Shown piece after piece: positions 1 to 10,696 of a stretch of 64,000 nt of DNA; the first letter of the stretch is position 1; each line of letters starts with the position of its first letter. The position numbers and the translations under genes were made by a program. Source of the DNA: Paracoccaceae bacterium (lineage in GTDB: Bacteria; Pseudomonadota; Alphaproteobacteria; Rhodobacterales; Rhodobacteraceae); NCBI GenBank assembly GCA_030148745.1, contig JASBSV010000013.1, positions 164-64,163 on the forward strand. Reading direction: 5' to 3'. The notes under the pieces were generated by a model. It was not told the origin of the DNA. It searched no databases and saw only the letters and a program-made list of their open reading frames with translations.

Positions 1-20
1 CCTTGAAGAATGGGGTCCAT
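1..20 (-). CDS. First 6 codons (MDPILQ...) of the next gene in the sugar ABC operon, probably the ATP-binding subunit; runs off the window
   Basis: ATG at 20-18 overlaps the permease TGA (20-22) as an ATGA junction. Product is inferred from operon context only. Confidence 0.3.
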
Positions 21-1093
21 CAGACTGATACCTTTCTGATCCACTGGTCGACCGCGACGGCGGCGATGATAAGAAGACCGATGAGCAGGAAGGTCCATTG
101 CGCATCCGCACCCATCAGGCGCAGGCCAAGGGTAAAGACCCCCACGATCAGCGCGCCAAAGAGCATTCCCATGATCGATCCGCGTCCGCCAAAAAGCGAG
201 ATGCCGCCAATCACCACGGCGGTGATGCTTTCGATATTGCCCAGCTGCCCGGATGTGGGTGACACCGATCCGATCCGCCCGATCAGGGCCCAGCCGGCAA
301 AGGCGCAGATCAGCCCTGACAGCATATAGACCGAGATCAGAACGCGGCTTGTCTGAACCCCCGACAGTTCGGCCGCCTCAAGATCGTCGCCCACCGCATA
401 GACATGCCGCCCCCATGCCGTGTGGCGCAGCACATAGGCCAGCAGAAAAACCAGCAGCACCATGAATATCACGCCCACGGTAAAGACCGCGCCGCCGATG
501 GTGATCTTGGCGCCAAAAAGATGCAGCAGCTGCGCCTTTTCGGCGATGTCCTGACTGCGGATGGTTTCATTGGCCGAATAAAGGAAATTGGCGGCCAGCA
601 CGATCTGCCACATGCCCAGCGTGACGATAAAAGGCGGCAGTTTGACCTTTGCCACCAGCCAGCCGTTGATAAAGCCGCAAAAGGTGCCGACGCCCAGCCC
701 CGACAGGATGGCAAGCGGCACGGGCATTCCGTAGCGAAAGGTGAATTGTCCCATCACGACCGAGCTGAGCACCATGATCGCGCCCACGCTCAGGTCAATC
801 CCGGCGGTCAGGATCACCAGCGATTGCGCCGCGCCCAGAATGCCGACGATCTGAACCTGTTGCAAAATCAGCGTCAGGGCGAAGGGCGAAAAGAACTTCG
901 ATCCCAGAAGCAGGCCGAATATTGCGATGGCAGCCACCAGAACGATCAGCGGCACCAATGCCGGTGTCTGATGCAGGGCGTGCTGAAAGCGAAGGACAAA
1001 GCCGCTTGGCTGGTGGTCGAATTCGGCCACCGCTGTGGCGCTTTGGGCAAGTGCGGATTCGAAATCCTGGCCCCTGCTTGCGGGCTCAGACAT
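20..1093 (-). CDS. Sugar ABC transporter permease (RbsC/FrcC-type)
   Basis: 357-aa polytopic membrane ORF with a typical ribose/fructose-type permease C-terminal region (GRIGSVSPTSGQLGNIESITAVVIGGISLFGGRGS). It lies directly downstream of a sugar-binding protein gene. Confidence 0.9.
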   Translation of the reverse strand: MSEPASRGQDFESALAQSATAVAEFDHQPSGFVLRFQHALHQTPALVPLIVLVAAIAIFGLLLGSKFFSPFALTLILQQVQIVGILGAAQSLVILTAGIDLSVGAIMVLSSVVMGQFTFRYGMPVPLAILSGLGVGTFCGFINGWLVAKVKLPPFIVTLGMWQIVLAANFLYSANETIRSQDIAEKAQLLHLFGAKITIGGAVFTVGVIFMVLLVFLLAYVLRHTAWGRHVYAVGDDLEAAELSGVQTSRVLISVYMLSGLICAFAGWALIGRIGSVSPTSGQLGNIESITAVVIGGISLFGGRGSIMGMLFGALIVGVFTLGLRLMGADAQWTFLLIGLLIIAAVAVDQWIRKVSV

Positions 1094-1186
1094 CGGCGGT
1101 CTCCATCATCTGTGTCAGTGCGCCGGGCGCGGTTTTCTCAACTGCCGGGTTCAGCCTAGACGAGCGGCGCTTGCCCCGTCCAGCGG

Positions 1187-1209
1187 AAGGGGCGGAAAAT
1201 CCGCCCCTT
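1187..1209 (-). promoter_or_regulatory. Intercistronic stem-loop between the binding-protein and permease genes
   Basis: Perfect 9-bp inverted repeat AAGGGGCGG-N5-CCGCCCCTT, 22 nt after the binding-protein stop (1231). No U-tract, so it is more likely an mRNA-stabilising or attenuating hairpin than a full terminator. Confidence 0.45.
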
Positions 1210-1230
1210 CGGGTTGCGCGTGGAAAGGCC

Positions 1231-2250
1231 TCAGCCCCAGCAGCGGTCCGTGCCTTCCTTGACCGAGATCGAGGGCACGCCGTCAACCGGCTGGTCGGTG
1301 ACCAGCGACACGCCGGTGTCAAAGAAGGTCTTGCCCGGTGTCGGCTGCGGCTTGGTGCCGTCCTTGGCCCATGCGGCAATCGCCTCGATGCCCAGCGAGG
1401 CCATCAGCAGCGGATATTGCTGCGAGGTGGCGCCGATCACGCCGTCCTTGACGTTTTCAACCCCGGGGCAGCCGCCATCGACCGAAACGATCAGAACATC
1501 GTTTTCGCGGCCAAAGGATTTAAGCGCCTCATAGGCGCCGGCGGCGGCAGGCTCGTTAATGGTATAGACCACATTGATGCCCGGATCCTTGGCCAGCAGG
1601 TTCTCCATCGCGCGGCGGCCGCCTTCTTCGTTACCGGCGGTCACATCATGGCCGATGATGCGCGGATCGGTCTCGTCGCCCCATTTCTTGGGGTCGCCCA
1701 GATCGATGCCGAAGCCTTTGAGGAACCCCTGATCGCGCAGAACGCCGACAGTGGGCTGGCTGACGGCCAGATCCAGCATGCCGATCTTGGCATTGGCGGC
1801 ATCGGCGCCCAGCTTGCCGGCAGCCCACTGGCCGATCAGCTCTCCGGCCAGAAAGTTGTCGGTGGCGAATGTGGCGTCTGCGGCATCGATCGGATCAAGC
1901 GGCGTGTCCAGCGCGATCACCAGAAGGCCGGCATCGCGCGCCTGTTTGACCGAACTGACGATCGAGGATGTGTCAGAGGCGGTCAAAAGGATGCCCTTGG
2001 CGCCATCGGCGATACAGGTCTCGATCGCGGCCACTTGCGTTTCATGGTCGCCATCAACCTTGCCGGCAAAGGATTTCAGGGTGATGCCCAGCTCCTTGGC
2101 CTTGGCGGTCGCGCCTTCCTTCATCTTGACGAAAAACGGGTTGGTGTCGGTTTTTGTGATCAGACAGGCGGTAATTCCGTGACTGGCGGCAAAGGCCGAT
2201 CCGGTCATAGCAGTCAGAGCCAGCGCCGTGCCAGCGAGCAGATTTTTCAT
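1231..2250 (-). CDS. Periplasmic sugar-binding protein of the ABC transporter (ribose/fructose-binding family, FrcB-like)
   Basis: 339 aa with signal peptide [21 protein letters not shown] and a type I periplasmic binding fold. GGAGGA Shine-Dalgarno lies just upstream of ATG 2250. Confidence 0.9.
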   Translation of the reverse strand: MKNLLAGTALALTAMTGSAFAASHGITACLITKTDTNPFFVKMKEGATAKAKELGITLKSFAGKVDGDHETQVAAIETCIADGAKGILLTASDTSSIVSSVKQARDAGLLVIALDTPLDPIDAADATFATDNFLAGELIGQWAAGKLGADAANAKIGMLDLAVSQPTVGVLRDQGFLKGFGIDLGDPKKWGDETDPRIIGHDVTAGNEEGGRRAMENLLAKDPGINVVYTINEPAAAGAYEALKSFGRENDVLIVSVDGGCPGVENVKDGVIGATSQQYPLLMASLGIEAIAAWAKDGTKPQPTPGKTFFDTGVSLVTDQPVDGVPSISVKEGTDRCWG

Positions 2251-2359
2251 GGTATCCTCCCAAAACTTTCCTTCAAGCCGGCAAATGCGTCCGGCCAGAT
2301 ACCCCTTCTGATGAAGGGATCGATTACGAGAGAACGCGATTCTTGCCGTTGCGTCAATA

Positions 2360-2380
2360 AATAAATCTAGTTGATTTATT
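2360..2380. promoter_or_regulatory. AT-rich palindrome, candidate operator of the ROK regulator in the divergent promoter region
   Basis: AATAAATC-tagtt-GATTTATT (8-5-8 perfect inverted repeat) in a 172-bp divergent intergenic region. It is conspicuously AT-rich in a GC-rich genome. Confidence 0.4.
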
Positions 2381-2422
2381 AATCTGAAGGCGCAAAGTAG
2401 CCCCGGCAGGGAGTATGCGCAA

Positions 2423-3622
2423 ATGGAAGCTGATAAGGTCAGATCGCTGAGCGGGGGCGTGAACCAAAGCGGCGTTCGCGACTATAACGAACGTTTGCTC
2501 ATGTCGATGCTGCAACGCCATGGCCCGACGCCGGGCAGCGACCTTGCGCGCCGCGCCGGCCTGTCGCCGCAGACCGTATCGGTCATTCTGCGCGGGCTCG
2601 AGGCGGATGGGTTTCTGCAACGCGGCCAGCCGCAGCGCGGGCGCGTCGGCAAACCCTCGATCCCGATGGAACTTGCCGCCGACGGGGTGTTTTCGGTTGG
2701 GCTCAAGATCGGGCGGCGCAGCGCCGATCTGCTGCTGATGGATTTCTGCGGCACGATCCGGCGCCAGTTGCAGACCACCTATCGCTATCCGATGCCGGGC
2801 GAGGTTTTTGCCTTTCTGCGCGCGGGGCTTGAGCAATTCACCGGATGCCTCAGCGCGCGCGATGCGGCGCGGATCGCCGGGATTGGTATCGCCGCCCCCT
2901 TCGAGATGTGGAAATGGCACGAGGCACTGGGCGCGCCTGCGCAAGAGTTCCGGCAGTGGAAGGAATTCGATTTCGCCAGCGAGGTGGCGGGGTTCTCTGA
3001 CCTTCCTGTCTATATCGAAAATGACGCCACCGCCGCCTGCCGCGCCGAACATGTGTTCGGGCGGGGGCGCGAATACCGCGATTACGCCTATTTCTTCCTT
3101 GGCTCCTTTATCGGCGGCGGCGTGGTGCTCAACCACTCGGTCTATGTCGGCAACCACAATAACGCCGGCGCCTTCGGATCGCTCAGATCGGCCGATGCCA
3201 CCGGCCAAAGCCGGCAGTTGATCGACAGCGCCTCGCTCTTCCTGCTTGAGGCCGATATCGCGGCGGCGGGGCTTGATCCTGCCGGGCTCTGGCGCTCTCC
3301 GCAGGATTGGACGGCCTTCTCGGTGCAGCTTGAACGCTGGATCGAGCGCTCGGCCGGCGAGCTTGCCAAGGCGGCGCTGAACGTCTGTGCGGTGATCGAT
3401 TTCGAGGCGATCCTGATCGATGGCGGCTTTCCCGTCCCGGTGCGCCGGGCGCTGGTCGAGCGTACGCGTCATCATCTGGCCGGGATGGATCTGCGCGGGC
3501 TGGTGCGCCCGGGGATCGAAGAGGGCTCGGTCGGGGGCAATGCGCGGGCGCTGGGCGCGGCCTGCGGGCCGGTTCTGGACCGCTATTTTCTGAACACCAA
3601 CACCGGTCTTTCACTGGGCTGA
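2423..3622 (+). CDS. ROK family transcriptional regulator (FrcR-like)
   Basis: 399 aa. N-terminal winged-helix ([25 protein letters not shown]) followed by a ROK sugar-kinase-like domain. Divergent from the sugar ABC operon. Confidence 0.85.
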   Translation: MEADKVRSLSGGVNQSGVRDYNERLLMSMLQRHGPTPGSDLARRAGLSPQTVSVILRGLEADGFLQRGQPQRGRVGKPSIPMELAADGVFSVGLKIGRRSADLLLMDFCGTIRRQLQTTYRYPMPGEVFAFLRAGLEQFTGCLSARDAARIAGIGIAAPFEMWKWHEALGAPAQEFRQWKEFDFASEVAGFSDLPVYIENDATAACRAEHVFGRGREYRDYAYFFLGSFIGGGVVLNHSVYVGNHNNAGAFGSLRSADATGQSRQLIDSASLFLLEADIAAAGLDPAGLWRSPQDWTAFSVQLERWIERSAGELAKAALNVCAVIDFEAILIDGGFPVPVRRALVERTRHHLAGMDLRGLVRPGIEEGSVGGNARALGAACGPVLDRYFLNTNTGLSLG

Positions 3623-3738
3623 GCGCCGCGCGGGCCGCAGTTTCTGCCCCAAGGGCGTTGGCAAAGCCCGCCGGCACCCTATCTGCAAGGGACAATACCG
3701 CGCAAAATACGCCACGCGCGCCAGTCAAAGGACATCTG

Positions 3739-4809
3739 ATGCCCCAAGTGAACTATGATACATCCACGCCGGTTCTTGTCACCGGCGCCACCGGCTATGT
3801 CGCGGGCTGGCTTGTCAAACGGCTTCTGGAAGAAGGGTTCACAGTGCACGGCGCGGTGCGCGATCCCGATGATCCGGCCAGGACCGGCCATCTGACAGCC
3901 CTTGCCGCGCAGAGCCCCGGAACGCTCAAACTGTTCCGCGCTGATCTGCTGCAGGAAGGCAGCTATGGCCCGGCGATGGAAGGCTGCGGCGTGGTGTTTC
4001 ACACCGCTTCCCCCTTTACCAGCAAGATCACCGATCCGCAGCGCGATCTGGTAGATCCCGCGCTGAAGGGCACGCGCAACGTTCTGGCCACGGTCGATGC
4101 CACGCCAAGCGTCCGGCGCGTGGTTCTGACCAGCTCCTGCGCGGCGATCTATGGCGATACGGTCGATGTGGCCGAAGCGCCGGGCGGGGTTCTGACGGAA
4201 AAGCAATGGAATACCACCTCTTCGATCGGGCATCAGGCCTATTCCTATTCCAAAACCGTGGCCGAACGCGCCGCATGGGAGATGGCCCAGGCGCAATCGC
4301 GCTGGAAACTGGTGGTGATCAACCCCTCGCTGGTGATCGGGCCGGCCCTGTCTGAAACGCAGACCTCCGAAAGTTTCGCGCTGATCCGGCAATTGGGCGA
4401 TGGCACGCTGAAAACCGGTGTTCCGCATGTCGAACTTGGCGCGGTCGATGTGCGCGACGTGGCCGAGGCGCATATGCGCGCCGCCTTTATCGAGGCTGCC
4501 GAGGGGCGGCACATCACCTCGGCCCGGACGGTCAGCTTTCTGGAACTGGCCATGATGCTGCGGGAAAAATTTGGCGATGAATGGCCGCTTCCGCGCCGGC
4601 AGGTTCCCAAATGGCTGATCTGGCTGGTCGGGCCGATGATCAACAAGGCCTTCACCCGCCGGATGATCGCCCGCAACATGGGGCTTGCCTGGCAGGCGGA
4701 TAACTCGAAATCGAAAACCGAGCTGGGGCTGGAATACCGCCCGCTGGATATCGCCGTGCAGGAGATGTTTCAGCAGCTGATCGATACCGGGCAACTGCGC
4801 AGGAAATAA
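3739..4809 (+). CDS. NAD(P)-dependent extended SDR (cinnamoyl-CoA / dihydroflavonol reductase-like epimerase/dehydratase family)
   Basis: Rossmann motif VLVTGATGYVAGWLV and catalytic YxxxK (YSYSK). ATG 3739 was chosen over the longer ORF start at 3658. Confidence 0.8.
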   Translation: MPQVNYDTSTPVLVTGATGYVAGWLVKRLLEEGFTVHGAVRDPDDPARTGHLTALAAQSPGTLKLFRADLLQEGSYGPAMEGCGVVFHTASPFTSKITDPQRDLVDPALKGTRNVLATVDATPSVRRVVLTSSCAAIYGDTVDVAEAPGGVLTEKQWNTTSSIGHQAYSYSKTVAERAAWEMAQAQSRWKLVVINPSLVIGPALSETQTSESFALIRQLGDGTLKTGVPHVELGAVDVRDVAEAHMRAAFIEAAEGRHITSARTVSFLELAMMLREKFGDEWPLPRRQVPKWLIWLVGPMINKAFTRRMIARNMGLAWQADNSKSKTELGLEYRPLDIAVQEMFQQLIDTGQLRRK

Positions 4810-4888
4810 GATCGCCGGGGCGGGGTGCGGCGCGGCCGGGACCGGCTTTCGCTGGCCATTGCGTCGGCGGCGCGCTAGCTCTGTGGGG

Positions 4889-5545
4889 ATGTTGCTGGAT
4901 GTTTCGGATCTTTGGAAATCCTACGCCACCCCGGACGGCGCCCAACGGGTGCTTGAGGGGGTGTCGTTCCGCCTGAAGGCGGGACAGACGCTGGCCCTGA
5001 CCGGCGAGTCGGGCAGCGGAAAAAGCACGCTTTTACATCTGGTTGCGGGGCTTGAGGCGCCCGACAAGGGGCTGGTCACCTTGCAGGGAAAACAGCTCAG
5101 CGGACGCTCGGACGCGATCCGGGCTGCGATGCGGCGCGACCGGATCGGCCTTGTCTTTCAGCAGTTCAACCTGATCCCATCACTCAGCGTTCAGGGCAAT
5201 CTTGCGTTTCAGGCGCGGCTTGCCGGGCGCTACGATCCCGGCTGGATCAGCGAAATGGCCGCCCGGCTGGGGCTGAGCGATCTGATGAACCGCTATCCCG
5301 AGGCGCTTTCGGGCGGTCAGCAGCAGCGCGTTGCGATCGGCCGTGCCCTTGCCGCGCGCCCCGATCTTATTCTGGCAGATGAGCCGACCGGAAATCTTGA
5401 CGAAAGCTCGGCCGATGCGGTGATCGCGCTGATGCTTGATCTGGTGGCCGAAAGCGGCGCAGGGCTGTTGATGGTGACCCATTCACCGCGTCTGGCGGGG
5501 TTTCTGGGCGCGCGGCTGCACCTTAGCAAGGGGCGGCTGCGGTGA
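4889..5545 (+). CDS. ABC transporter ATP-binding protein (AttE/YbbA/LolD-like)
   Basis: Walker [10 protein letters not shown], signature LSGGQQQRV, Walker B LILADEPT. Confidence 0.85.
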   Translation: MLLDVSDLWKSYATPDGAQRVLEGVSFRLKAGQTLALTGESGSGKSTLLHLVAGLEAPDKGLVTLQGKQLSGRSDAIRAAMRRDRIGLVFQQFNLIPSLSVQGNLAFQARLAGRYDPGWISEMAARLGLSDLMNRYPEALSGGQQQRVAIGRALAARPDLILADEPTGNLDESSADAVIALMLDLVAESGAGLLMVTHSPRLAGFLGARLHLSKGRLR

Positions 5546-7974
5546 ACCGGGTGGTTCTGGGCGCGCTCCTGTCGCATTGGCGGCGCCATCCGCTGCAGCT
5601 TCTGACGCTGGTTCTGGGGCTGGCTCTGGCCACTGCGCTCTGGTCGGGGGTTCAGGCGATCAATGCCGAAGCGCGCGCCAGCTATGCAAGGGCCGCCGGG
5701 GCGCTGGGGCAGGGCGATCTGGCGCAAATCACCGGGCCCGAGGCCCTGATGACGCGCGAGACCTTCGTTGCGCTACGGCGCGCCGGCTGGCTGGTGACGC
5801 CGGTGCTGGAGGGGCCGATGACGCTGGGCCGGGCGCATTTCACGCTGCGCGGGGTGGATGCGATGACCGCGCCGGCGCCGGCGCAGGGGGCGATGGTGGC
5901 GACGGGCAAGGGGGGGCAGAAGGCGGAAACGCAGGGCGCGGCGGATATAGCGGTGCCTGAGGGCGGGGTGATTTTCGGCGCGCCCGAGACGCTGTTGCGC
6001 CTTGGCGGGCAAAGCGGCCTGCCGCCGCTGCGCCCGCTGGCCGGCCTCCGGCAGGGGCTCTTGTTGACCGATATGGCCACGGCCGAGCGGCTGTTGGGGA
6101 TGCAGGGATGGGTCAGCCGGTTTTTGCTTCTTGCCGATCAGCCCATGGGCCGGCCGCCGCTGAGCAGCATTGCTGCCGGGCTGAAGGTGACGCAAAAACC
6201 GTCAGGCAACGATCTGGCAAGGCTGACGGCAAGCTTTCACCTTAACCTTACCGCCTTTGGGCTTTTGTCCTTTGCGGTGGGGCTTTTCATCGTGCACGGC
6301 GCCATCGGCCTTGCCTTCGAGCAGCGCCGCGCGGGGCTGCGCAGCCTGCGCGCCATCGGCGTGCCGCTTGGCCGGCTGATCCTGCTGTCACTGGGCGAAT
6401 TGCTGGTGATCGCGGCGGTGGCCGGGCTGATCGGCACGCTTTTGGGCTATCTGATCGCCGGACTTCTTCTGCCCGATGTCGCGGCCACATTGCGCGGCCT
6501 TTATGGCGCCGATATCGCCGGCACGCTCAAATTCAGGCCCGGCTGGGTGGCGGCGGGTCTGGCCATGGCCATCGGCGGCACGCTGATTGCGGCGGCTCAG
6601 GCGCTCTGGCGGCTGGCGCGGCTGCCGCTTCTGGCGGGGGCGCATCCGCGCGCCTGGGCGCAGGGGGGCAAGCGGATGCTTGGGGTTCAGGCCATGGCGG
6701 CGGCGGCGCTGGTGGCCGGCGGCGGGCTGTTTGCAGCCCTGGGCGGGGGGCTTTTGGCCGGGTTTCTGTCGCTGGGGGGTATCTTGCTGGGCGCGGCGCT
6801 GGCGCTTCCGGTGATCCTCAGCCTTGCGCTGGGACGGGCGGCGCGGGGGCGCAGCGCCCTGGCCGAGTGGTTCTGGGCCGATACGCGCCAGCAGCTTCCG
6901 GGCCTGTCGCTGGCGCTGATGGCGCTGATGCTGGCGCTTTCGGCGAATGTCGGCGTGTCGACCATGGTTTCCTCGTTCCGGCAGACCTTTACCGGATATC
7001 TCGATCAGCGCCTTGCCTCCGAGCTTTATATTTCCGCCAGAACGCCGGGGGAAAGCGCCGCGCTGGCCGCTTTCGTTGCGCCCAGGGTGCGCGCGGTGCT
7101 GCCGATCTGGTCGGTGCCGATCAGCATCGCGGGGCGGCAGGTGCAGGTCTATGGGCTTGTCGATGACCCGACCTATCGCGACAACTGGCCGGTGCTGCGG
7201 GGGGCGGCGGACGGCTGGGACCGTCTGGCGGCGGGCCGGGGCGTTATGATCAACGAACAGCTGGGGTATCGGCTGGGCCTTGCGCCGGGCGATATGCTGC
7301 GCCTTGCGCCGGACTGGAGCCTGCCGGTCGTGGGGATCTATTCCGACTATGGCAACCCCGAGGGGCAGGCTCTGGTCGCCTCACCTTCGCTGGCGGCGCG
7401 CTATCCCTCGGCGCCGCGGCTGCGGTTCGGTCTGCGGCTGGCGCGCGCCGATATTCCGGCGCTGCGCCGGGCGCTGACGCGCGATTTCGGCTTGCCGGCG
7501 GAAAACATCATCGACCAGAGCGCGCTGAAGGCCAGCTCTCTGGCGGTGTTCGAGCGCACATTTGCCGTCACCGGCGCATTGAACATCCTGACCCTTGCGG
7601 TGGCCGGCTTTGCACTGATGACCAGCTTTCTGACCCTGTCGGACATGCGCCTGCCACAGCTTGCGCCGGTCTGGGCGCTGGGCCTGACGCGCCGCCGCCT
7701 GGCCTGGCTTGAGCTTTGGCGCTCGCTCGCGCTGGCGGGTTTTACCATGGTGCTGGCGGTGCCGGTGGGGCTGATCCTGGCATGGGTTTTGCTGAATGTC
7801 GTCAATGTCATGGCCTTTGGCTGGCGCCTGCCGATGTATCTTTTCCCCGGCGAATGGCTGCGGCTGGGCGGGCTGGCCGCCCTTGCGGCGGCGCTGGCGG
7901 GGGCTTTGCCGGCGCGGCGTCTGGCGCGGGTGGCGCCGGCGCGCCTGCTCAAGGTCTTTGCCGATGAACGTTAG
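5542..7974 (+). CDS. Fused FtsX-family ABC permease (YbbP/AttFG-like, two FtsX modules)
   Basis: 810-aa polytopic protein with two FtsX-type 4-TM modules. The GTG start overlaps the ATPase stop (GTGA at 5542-5545). Confidence 0.85.
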   Translation: MNRVVLGALLSHWRRHPLQLLTLVLGLALATALWSGVQAINAEARASYARAAGALGQGDLAQITGPEALMTRETFVALRRAGWLVTPVLEGPMTLGRAHFTLRGVDAMTAPAPAQGAMVATGKGGQKAETQGAADIAVPEGGVIFGAPETLLRLGGQSGLPPLRPLAGLRQGLLLTDMATAERLLGMQGWVSRFLLLADQPMGRPPLSSIAAGLKVTQKPSGNDLARLTASFHLNLTAFGLLSFAVGLFIVHGAIGLAFEQRRAGLRSLRAIGVPLGRLILLSLGELLVIAAVAGLIGTLLGYLIAGLLLPDVAATLRGLYGADIAGTLKFRPGWVAAGLAMAIGGTLIAAAQALWRLARLPLLAGAHPRAWAQGGKRMLGVQAMAAAALVAGGGLFAALGGGLLAGFLSLGGILLGAALALPVILSLALGRAARGRSALAEWFWADTRQQLPGLSLALMALMLALSANVGVSTMVSSFRQTFTGYLDQRLASELYISARTPGESAALAAFVAPRVRAVLPIWSVPISIAGRQVQVYGLVDDPTYRDNWPVLRGAADGWDRLAAGRGVMINEQLGYRLGLAPGDMLRLAPDWSLPVVGIYSDYGNPEGQALVASPSLAARYPSAPRLRFGLRLARADIPALRRALTRDFGLPAENIIDQSALKASSLAVFERTFAVTGALNILTLAVAGFALMTSFLTLSDMRLPQLAPVWALGLTRRRLAWLELWRSLALAGFTMVLAVPVGLILAWVLLNVVNVMAFGWRLPMYLFPGEWLRLGGLAALAAALAGALPARRLARVAPARLLKVFADER

Positions 7975-9025
7975 GCGCGCTATACTGGCCGCTTTGCTGG
8001 CCGCCCTCCTGCCTTGCGCGGGCGCGCTTGCACAGGGCTTTGGCGGGCTTGGCAGCGACGCCAAAGGGTTCATGACCCCCCGGCGCGGTCATGTCCTCAG
8101 CTTTCCGCGTGACGACGGGGCGCATCCGGGATTTCGCATTGAATGGTGGTATGTGACGGCCAATCTGCGCGGCGAGGACGGGCGCGATTATGGCGTGCAA
8201 TGGACGCTTTTTCGCAGCGCGCTGGCCCCGCCGGGGCAGGATGGCAAAGACGGCTGGGCGGCGCCGGTGATCTGGATGGGAAATGCCGCACTGACGACGC
8301 CGCAGCGCCAGTTCAGCGCCGAGCGTCTGGCGCGCGGCAAGACCGGGCAGGCCGGCGCGATTGCCCGGCCTTTCGAGGTCTGGATCGACGAATGGCGGCT
8401 GGCCGGGCGCTGGCCCGATCTGAGCTTGCGCGCCTCGGCCCCCGATTTTGCCTATGATCTGAGCCTGACACAGACCGGCCCGCGGGTTTTGAATGGGGAC
8501 AAGGGCTATTCGGTGAAATCGCCCGAAGGTCAGGCAAGCTATTATTATTCCTATCCGTTCCTGTCGGTTAGGGGCGTGCTGCGCCTGCCCGAGGGGGCCG
8601 TGAAAGTGACGGGGCAGGCGTGGATTGATCGCGAATGGTCGTCGCAGCCGCTGTCGGAGGGGCAAAGCGGCTGGGACTGGATCTCGCTCCATCTGGCCGA
8701 TGGCTCCAAGCTGATGGGGTTTCAGACGCGCGCGGCAAAGGGCGGCACATTCACCTCGGCCACATGGATCGCGCCGGATGGCACGGCCACGGCCCTGCCT
8801 GACGGGCAACTGGTGATGACCCCGCTGGATATCAGCCGCGTGGCCGGGCGCGATATTCCCACCCGCTGGCGGGTGCAGCTTGCCTCTCGCGGGCTGGATG
8901 TGACGATCGAGGCGCTGAACCGGCAAAGCTGGATGCCCATGCGCCTGCCCTATTGGGAGGGGCCGGTAAGCGTCAGCGGCAGCATCGGCGGCGCCGGATA
9001 TCTGGAGATGACGGGATATGAGTGA
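7964..9025 (+). CDS. Secreted AttH/CrtC-like lipocalin-fold protein (hydroxyneurosporene synthase-like domain)
   Basis: Signal peptide [23 protein letters not shown]; motifs FPRDDGAHPGFRIEWWY and WIDREWSS. The start overlaps the permease end by 11 nt. Confidence 0.75.
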   Translation: MNVRRAILAALLAALLPCAGALAQGFGGLGSDAKGFMTPRRGHVLSFPRDDGAHPGFRIEWWYVTANLRGEDGRDYGVQWTLFRSALAPPGQDGKDGWAAPVIWMGNAALTTPQRQFSAERLARGKTGQAGAIARPFEVWIDEWRLAGRWPDLSLRASAPDFAYDLSLTQTGPRVLNGDKGYSVKSPEGQASYYYSYPFLSVRGVLRLPEGAVKVTGQAWIDREWSSQPLSEGQSGWDWISLHLADGSKLMGFQTRAAKGGTFTSATWIAPDGTATALPDGQLVMTPLDISRVAGRDIPTRWRVQLASRGLDVTIEALNRQSWMPMRLPYWEGPVSVSGSIGGAGYLEMTGYE

Positions 9026-9572
9026 CTGGTTCGAAGGCCTTGATACGACGCTGGGCATGGTCTGGTCCCAGATTGAGGCGGCAGGCACGCGCGCGCCGGC
9101 GCGGTTTGCCGTCTTTGCCAGCGTCGGGCGCGATGCAGGGGCCGAGGCGCGGATGGTGGTCTTGCGCGGCTCTGACCGCCAAAGGGCCGAGGTATGCTTT
9201 TATACCGATCTTTTGTCGTGCAAGGTTGGCGATCTGGCGCAGAACCCTGCGGCCACGCTTTTGCTGTGGCTGCCAGAGCTTGAGTTTCAGATCCGCCTGA
9301 GGGTGCGCGCGCAGGTGCAATCGGGCGCGCAGGTTGCGCATCTTTGGCCCGATATTCCGCCGGCCTCGCGCCGCGCCTATGGCGGCACACCGCCGCCCGG
9401 CACACCCATAGATGCGCCCGCCGATCATGACCCCACGATCGATCCTGCGCGGCTGGCGGTGGTGGTCTGCGGCATCGACCAGATTGATACCGTCTGCCTG
9501 ACCGGGCCGCGCCACCACCGCGCGCTGTTCCTGCGCGCAGACGGATTTGGCGGACAATGGCTTGCCCCCTGA
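9018..9572 (+). CDS. Pyridoxamine 5'-phosphate oxidase family FMN-binding protein
   Basis: 184 aa with PNPOx-like core (ARMVVLRG ... FYTDLLSCKVGDLAQNP ... LLLW) and C-terminal WLAP resembling the PdxH terminus. ATG overlaps the AttH-like stop by 8 nt. Confidence 0.65.
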   Translation: MSDWFEGLDTTLGMVWSQIEAAGTRAPARFAVFASVGRDAGAEARMVVLRGSDRQRAEVCFYTDLLSCKVGDLAQNPAATLLLWLPELEFQIRLRVRAQVQSGAQVAHLWPDIPPASRRAYGGTPPPGTPIDAPADHDPTIDPARLAVVVCGIDQIDTVCLTGPRHHRALFLRADGFGGQWLAP

Positions 9573-9631
9573 CCCGGCGCATCCCCCGGCGGTCTTGCCA
9601 TTTGCCGCCCGAAGGGTGACAAGCGGCGGCG

Positions 9632-10696
9632 ATGAAAACCACCCTGAGCTCACTTGACGATCTGGCCCGCCTTGCGGTTGACGACATCATCGATGTCCGC
9701 TCGCCTGCGGAATTTGCCGAAGATCACATTCCCGGCGCGATCAACCTGCCGGTGCTCAGCGACGCCGAACGCGCCGAGGTTGGCACGATCTATGTGCAGC
9801 AGGACCGCTTTGTCGCGCGCAAACTGGGCGCGGCCTATGTGTCACTCAATGCCGCGCGCTATCTGCAAGATCAGCTGGCCGGGAAGACCGGCGCATGGCA
9901 GCCGCTGATCTATTGCTGGCGCGGCGGGCAGAGGTCGGGCTCTTTTGCCTCGATCCTAAGTCAGATCGGCTGGCGGGTGCGGCTGCTGGATGGCGGTTAC
10001 AAAAGCTATCGCGCGCTGGTGGTCGATATGCTTTATCGCCGCCCGCTGGCGATTGCGCCGGTTTTGATCGACGGCAATACCGGCACCGCCAAGACGGCCA
10101 TTCTGGCGCGTCTGGCCGGGCTGGGTCATCAGGTGGTTGATCTGGAAGCTCTGGCAAACCACCGCGGATCGCTTTTTGGCGGGCGGGACGGGGGGCAGCC
10201 TTCGCAAAAGGCGTTTGAAAGCCGTCTGGCGGCGGCGCTGGCGCAGCTTGATCCGGCCCGGCCGGTGATATTAGAGGCTGAAAGCAACAAGATCGGCGAA
10301 TGCCTGATCCCGCCCTCGCTCTGGTCGGCGATGCGCGCCGCGCCCCGGATTGAAATCTCGGCCCCGCTGGCCGAGCGGGCCGGTTATACGGTGCGCGAAT
10401 ATGCCGATCTGATGGAAGATCCCGCCCGGCTGGACGCGCTTCTGGCGGTTCTGACCGGCTTTCACGGCCACGCCCGGGTGGAAGAGTGGCGCGCCATGGC
10501 CGAGGCGGGGCAGTTCACCGCGCTGGTGGCGGAGCTGATGGCCGAACATTACGATCCGCGCTATGCAAGATCCTCGGCCCGCGACGGGCGCGCGCCGGTG
10601 GCCCGTATTGCGGCGCAGGATCTGAGCGATGGCGGGCTGGAGCGTGTGGCCGCCGAAATATCGGCGCAGCTGGCCGCGCAGCCTACTCAAAGGTGA
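9632..10696 (+). CDS. selU: tRNA 2-selenouridine synthase
   Basis: N-terminal rhodanese domain with active-site loop YCWRGGQRS, followed by P-loop GNTGTAKT. Length of 354 aa is typical of SelU/MnmH. Confidence 0.85.
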   Translation: MKTTLSSLDDLARLAVDDIIDVRSPAEFAEDHIPGAINLPVLSDAERAEVGTIYVQQDRFVARKLGAAYVSLNAARYLQDQLAGKTGAWQPLIYCWRGGQRSGSFASILSQIGWRVRLLDGGYKSYRALVVDMLYRRPLAIAPVLIDGNTGTAKTAILARLAGLGHQVVDLEALANHRGSLFGGRDGGQPSQKAFESRLAAALAQLDPARPVILEAESNKIGECLIPPSLWSAMRAAPRIEISAPLAERAGYTVREYADLMEDPARLDALLAVLTGFHGHARVEEWRAMAEAGQFTALVAELMAEHYDPRYARSSARDGRAPVARIAAQDLSDGGLERVAAEISAQLAAQPTQR

